Of a DNA stretch of 39,940 bases, positions 35,870 to 39,940 are shown in pieces. The notes beneath the pieces were generated by a model, which saw nothing but the letters and a program-made list of their open reading frames with translations, was not told the origin of the DNA and searched no databases. The DNA lies in the NCBI GenBank assembly GCA_001804785.1, contig MHBG01000010.1, forward strand, positions 1 through 39,940, read 5' to 3'. The first letter of the stretch is position 1. Each line of letters starts with the position of its first letter. The position numbers were made by a program, and so were the translations under genes. Source of the stretch: Lentisphaerae bacterium GWF2_45_14. Lineage in GTDB: Bacteria; Verrucomicrobiota; Lentisphaeria; Victivallales; GWF2-45-14.

Positions 35870-37378
35870 ATGGAAAAAAATCTCGCCCGTCTGAAAAACG
35901 TCCTCAACGAAATTTATGACATAAACGCGGCCACTGCCGTCCTCTCATGGGACCAGCAGACGTATATGCCGAAGGGCGGGGCCGAGGAAAGGGCCTGTCA
36001 GCTTGCCGCCCTGAGTAAAATATCACATGAGAAATTCTGTTCCCCGGAAGTGGGCCAGTTACTCAATTCACTGGAAAAATCGGTGCCGTCGCTCAGTCGC
36101 GAATCGGATGAGGCGTGCCTCATAAGAGTAACAAGACATCTCTACAATAAGAAGACAAAGGTACCCGCTAAACTCGTCGCCGAATTCGCGTCTGTGACTT
36201 CAATTGCCCAGACCGTATGGGAAGAGGCCAGGGCAAAATCAGACTTCGCGATGTTTCGGCCCCACCTTGAAAAAATAGTAAGCCTTCGCCAGGAATATGC
36301 GGCGCTTTTTAGCCCTTACGACCATATCTATGACCCGCTCCTTGACGATTTTGAACCCGGTCTTAAGACAGCCGAGGTCTCAAGGATTTTCAATGAAATA
36401 AAGCCGGAACAGAGTAGGCTCGTGGAAAAAATTTCAGGGAAGCCTGAAATAAATAATTCTTTTCTGTTCAAGCCGTTGTATGATGAGCAGAGACAATGGG
36501 ATTTCGGCGTCAAGGTAGCAAGTGCCTTCGGTTACGACTGGACGCGCGGGCGGCAGGACAGGACAGCGCATCCATTCACAACAACATTCGGACAGGGCGA
36601 CGTAAGAATCACAACAAGAGTATTCAAGGACAACCTCATGTCAGGACTCTTCAGCACCATGCATGAGGCCGGACACGCCATCTACGAGCAGGGCATAAGC
36701 CGTCTGCTCAAGCGCACGGTGCTTTCAGACGGCGCGTCGCTGGCCATTCATGAATCGCAATCCCGCATGTGGGAAAATCTGGTGGGCCGCTCAAGAGATT
36801 TCTGGACGTATTTCTACCCGAAACTCATGGAAAAGTTTTCCGACGGCCTTGCCGGAGTCAGCATGGAAAATTTCTACCGGGCTATAAACAAGGTAAAGCC
36901 CTCATTAATAAGGGTCGAGGCCGACGAAGCCACTTACAATCTGCATATAATGCTGAGGTTCGAGCTGGAAAAAGACCTGATGGAAAATAAGATACAGGTC
37001 AAAGACCTTCCGGAACTCTGGAGAATAAAAATGTGCGAATACCTGAATGTGTGTCCCGAAAAAGATTCCGACGGCGTACTTCAGGATGTTCATTGGTCAT
37101 GCGGCATCTTCGGGTATTTTCCGACATACGCGATAGGCAACCTCGTCTCGGCCCAGCTTTGGGAAAAAATCAATGCTGAACTTCCGGGACTTTCCGGCTC
37201 CATAAGGAATGGGGAATTCAAGCATCTTCTCAGTTGGCTCAGGGACAAAATACACAGGCATGGCGCAAAATTCAGCCCGCAGGAACTTGTAAAAAAGGCT
37301 ACGGGCTCAGAGATAAGACCGGAACCATATCTGGCGTATCTCAAGAAGAAATTCGGCGATATTTACGGCCTCAACTAA
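35870..37378 (+). CDS. M32 carboxypeptidase (Taq-type metallocarboxypeptidase)
   Basis: HEAGHAIYEQG zinc-binding HExxH motif at the position typical of M32. About 500 aa. The HPF and DxRxT motifs are consistent. Confidence 0.85.
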   Translation: MEKNLARLKNVLNEIYDINAATAVLSWDQQTYMPKGGAEERACQLAALSKISHEKFCSPEVGQLLNSLEKSVPSLSRESDEACLIRVTRHLYNKKTKVPAKLVAEFASVTSIAQTVWEEARAKSDFAMFRPHLEKIVSLRQEYAALFSPYDHIYDPLLDDFEPGLKTAEVSRIFNEIKPEQSRLVEKISGKPEINNSFLFKPLYDEQRQWDFGVKVASAFGYDWTRGRQDRTAHPFTTTFGQGDVRITTRVFKDNLMSGLFSTMHEAGHAIYEQGISRLLKRTVLSDGASLAIHESQSRMWENLVGRSRDFWTYFYPKLMEKFSDGLAGVSMENFYRAINKVKPSLIRVEADEATYNLHIMLRFELEKDLMENKIQVKDLPELWRIKMCEYLNVCPEKDSDGVLQDVHWSCGIFGYFPTYAIGNLVSAQLWEKINAELPGLSGSIRNGEFKHLLSWLRDKIHRHGAKFSPQELVKKATGSEIRPEPYLAYLKKKFGDIYGLN

Positions 37379-37983
37379 TTATCATCATCGTCGTCGTCAT
37401 TGCCGGAAGCCCAGATATCCTTGGAAAGGGCTTCCTGCTGAGTAAGGTAGTCAACTACATTTCTGAGGTCTTTTTCAGCAGCCATATCTTTTGCTGTTTT
37501 TCCGTCGGGCGCCTTTACCTTGAAGTCTCCTCCAGCCTCGACAAGCATCTTTACGGAGTTGACATAGCCGCCTGACGCGGCGTACATTATTGCGGTCCAG
37601 CCCCTTTTATCTACTATGTTGACCTTGGCCTTGTTCATTATAAGGAGCTTGACCAGTGCGGTATTGAAACCGTCTTCGGCCGCATACATGAGCGGGGTTT
37701 TTCCGTTGTTGTCGGTAACATTGACAGCAGCGCCGTTGGTTATCAGAAAACTGACCATATCCTTATGTCCCTCGTCTGCGGCAGCCATGAGCGCGGTTCT
37801 GCCCTTATCGTCGGTAGCCAAGGCGCTCGCCCCGCATTCAATAAGATTTCTTGCGCCCTCAATATCGCCCCGGGACGCGGCCACGATCAGGTCGTTGTCC
37901 TGCTTGGTTATCGCAGAAAGCTCCACGCAGTCGAAAACAAACGCCAGCAGCGGAAAGAGAAGAAATTTTTTCATAAAACTCAT
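37375..37983 (-). CDS. Secreted ankyrin-repeat protein with a C-terminal poly-Asp tail
   Basis: Signal peptide [24 protein letters not shown], then about 5 ANK repeats ([45 protein letters not shown]...). It ends with ...[10 protein letters not shown]. Its stop codon overlaps the stop of the convergent M32 gene. Confidence 0.8.
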   Translation of the reverse strand: MSFMKKFLLFPLLAFVFDCVELSAITKQDNDLIVAASRGDIEGARNLIECGASALATDDKGRTALMAAADEGHKDMVSFLITNGAAVNVTDNNGKTPLMYAAEDGFNTALVKLLIMNKAKVNIVDKRGWTAIMYAASGGYVNSVKMLVEAGGDFKVKAPDGKTAKDMAAEKDLRNVVDYLTQQEALSKDIWASGNDDDDDDN

Positions 37984-39317
37984 GCCTTTTGAGAGTTGAG
38001 GATTCTGGCGGTGACGGCTTTTTCGTATGCTTCAAAGTCGTTGATGCTGATGCGGGCCACGCCGGAGTCCATGGCGGCCTTCGCGACATATTTCGCCACC
38101 CTAGGAACGACACGCGGGTCAAAGGGTTTCGGAATGACAAAGGAATTCTTGAGCGGAGATTTGCCTTCGAACATTCCCGAGGCGGCATCTTCGGGATATG
38201 CCTTTGCGAGAACTTTCAATACGCCTTCCGGGATTTCCTCCATCACAATTTCCGCAATTGCTTTCGTCGCGGCAAGCTTCATCGATTCATTTATATCAGT
38301 AGCCCTGACGTCCAGTGCGCCTCGGAATATTCCGGGGAAGCCGAGGACGTTGTTGACCTGATTCGAGAAGTCGCTTCGTCCGGTGCCGACAACCGCCGCA
38401 CCGGCGGCAAGGGCTTTGTCGGGCATGATTTCGGGAGTCGGGTTCGCCATCGCGAAGATGATTGGACCCTTAGCCATTTTTTTAATCATTTCCTCGGTAA
38501 CGACGTTTCCTTTTGAAAGCCCCATGAAGACATCTGCGCCTTCAAGCGCTTCCGCGAGTGTCCGTGCTTTTGTATTGGAGGCGAACGCCTCCTTCTCCGG
38601 ATTCATTCCTTCTTTTCTGCCCTTGTATATTACTCCGATGGAGTCGCACATTATAAAGTTTTCACGCTTCGCCCCTGCGCTGATGTAGTATTCCGAACAC
38701 GCTATCCCCGCCGCGCCGGCGCCGTTGACAACGAAACGGCTTTCTTCTATTTTGCGTCCTGTGATTTTCAAGGCATTGAGAATTCCGGCGAGTGATATTA
38801 TGGCAGTGCCGTGCTGATCATCGTGAAACACGGGTATCGACATTTTTTTCTTGAGGGTCTGCTCCACTTCAAAGCATGCCGGAGCGCCGATATCCTCGAG
38901 GTTGATTCCACCGAAGCACGGTTCGAGCCGCTCTACCGTTTCGATAAGCCGGACGGCATCGGTAGAACCCTTCTCGTTGAAGACCTTGCAGAGGCAAAGC
39001 GGAACAGCGTCTATATCCGCGAAATGCTTGAAAAGCACGGCCTTTCCCTCCATCACGGGAATCCCTGCGTCGGGTCCTATGTTACCCAGACCTAGCACCG
39101 CGGTGCCGTCGCTCACGACTGCCACAAGATTATTTTTAGCAGTGTATTCCCAAACTGTGTCCGGCTTTTCCTTTATCTCAAGACATGGAACGGCGACTCC
39201 GGGAGTATAGGCCAGTGACAAGTCTTCTTTTGTTTCACAGGGCTTTGAAGGCTTGACAGTAATTTTGCCGGGAACTGGGAATTTGTGATAATCCAGGGCT
39301 TTTTTTTCGCTAGACAT
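37980..39317 (-). CDS. NAD(P)-dependent malic enzyme (malate dehydrogenase, oxaloacetate-decarboxylating), short form without a PTA domain
   Basis: [33 protein letters not shown] and FHDDQHGTA are malic-enzyme motifs; 445 aa. Confidence 0.9.
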   Translation of the reverse strand: MSSEKKALDYHKFPVPGKITVKPSKPCETKEDLSLAYTPGVAVPCLEIKEKPDTVWEYTAKNNLVAVVSDGTAVLGLGNIGPDAGIPVMEGKAVLFKHFADIDAVPLCLCKVFNEKGSTDAVRLIETVERLEPCFGGINLEDIGAPACFEVEQTLKKKMSIPVFHDDQHGTAIISLAGILNALKITGRKIEESRFVVNGAGAAGIACSEYYISAGAKRENFIMCDSIGVIYKGRKEGMNPEKEAFASNTKARTLAEALEGADVFMGLSKGNVVTEEMIKKMAKGPIIFAMANPTPEIMPDKALAAGAAVVGTGRSDFSNQVNNVLGFPGIFRGALDVRATDINESMKLAATKAIAEIVMEEIPEGVLKVLAKAYPEDAASGMFEGKSPLKNSFVIPKPFDPRVVPRVAKYVAKAAMDSGVARISINDFEAYEKAVTARILNSQKA

Positions 39318-39333
39318 ATGATATTTATCCTTT

Positions 39334-39940
39334 TTAATCTCTCACGGGTATATTGTGTTTTTTTAGAAATTCCTTTGCCTGTGGCACGCTGAAAATGCCG
39401 AAATGAAAAATGCTCGCGGCAAGCACGGCATCGGCCTTTCCCTTTTCTATGACTTCGAGCAGATGTTCGAGTGTCCCCGCTCCGCCGGATGCTATGACAG
39501 GAACAGAGACTCTTTCGGAAATAGCCCTTGTAAGCTCGCAGTCGTAACCATCTTTCGTGCCGTCTGCGTCCATACTGGTAAGAAGGATTTCGCCTGCGCC
39601 CAGCTTCACGCCCCGAATCGCCCACTCAACGGCATCGAGGTCAACGGCCTTGCGTCCTCCGTGTGTATAGACCTGCCATTTGTTTTTTTGACCGGGTACG
39701 CGCCGTGCGTCGATAGCGAGGACGATACACTGACTGCCGAACCTTTCCGCGCCGGCCCTTATAAGATCGGGATTGTCTACGGCGGAGGAATTTACGGAAA
39801 CTTTGTCGGCTCCTGAGTTAAGCATGAGGCGCATGTCCTCAACAGTTCTTATGCCACCGCCCACTGTGAGCGGGATAAACACCTGCTCAGCCGTCCTGCG
39901 GATAACGTCGACCATTGTCGAGCGGTTATCACTTGTAGCT
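39334..39940 (-). CDS. hisF: Imidazole glycerol phosphate synthase cyclase subunit HisF, 5'-truncated by the window edge
   Basis: [33 protein letters not shown] ... IVLAIDARR ... [20 protein letters not shown] ... [10 protein letters not shown] aligns to HisF from about residue 75 onward. The frame stays open to position 39940, so the N-terminus lies outside the window. Confidence 0.9.
   Translation of the reverse strand, partial: ATSDNRSTMVDVIRRTAEQVFIPLTVGGGIRTVEDMRLMLNSGADKVSVNSSAVDNPDLIRAGAERFGSQCIVLAIDARRVPGQKNKWQVYTHGGRKAVDLDAVEWAIRGVKLGAGEILLTSMDADGTKDGYDCELTRAISERVSVPVIASGGAGTLEHLLEVIEKGKADAVLAASIFHFGIFSVPQAKEFLKKHNIPVRD

Overview
Largely housekeeping chromosomal segment (about 50% GC, roughly 45 genes, mostly on the + strand) from an apparently anaerobic, possibly host-associated bacterium. 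Anaerobic markers are class III RNR nrdD/nrdG and a long-form PPi-dependent phosphofructokinase; host-association hints are secreted Sel1-repeat and ankyrin-repeat proteins. Core genes read from the sequence: tRNA-Ser(GGA), ftsK, a RodZ-like HTH membrane protein, aroQ-accB-accC, asp23 plus a membrane partner, maf, an orphan response regulator, nrdD/nrdG, a LacI-family regulator, a Sel1-repeat protein, an NAD-dependent epimerase, marC, pgl, an MFS transporter, an NfeD-flotillin pair, a GT1 glycosyltransferase, a GH130-like gene, pfp, gatCA, a thioredoxin-like/TPR protein, comF, accD, rph-dnaX-ybaB-recR, rsmE, an M32 carboxypeptidase, malic enzyme and hisF (cut by the window edge). No transposases, integrases, CRISPR arrays or recognisable defence islands were found; I do not see a classic novel multi-gene system here. 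The most unusual feature is nrdD: it is interrupted exactly inside the second CxxC of its C-terminal Zn-ribbon by a 192-nt in-frame insert. The glycyl-radical tail (RVCGY motif) is therefore encoded as a separate 51-aa ORF with its own Shine-Dalgarno, suggesting a two-piece class III RNR with a detachable glycyl-radical peptide; pseudogenisation or an assembly artefact are the alternatives. Other notable items: a probable unannotated 4.5S/SRP RNA (ffs) between accD and rph; NrdR-box-like inverted repeats overlapping a sigma70-like promoter upstream of nrdD; an AraC-family regulator remnant (HTH domain only); a single-base frameshift in a T-run splitting the GH130 gene; and a thioredoxin-fold protein whose CxxC is replaced by SKQS. 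All calls rest on reading the sequence and the ORF track; no database search was possible.
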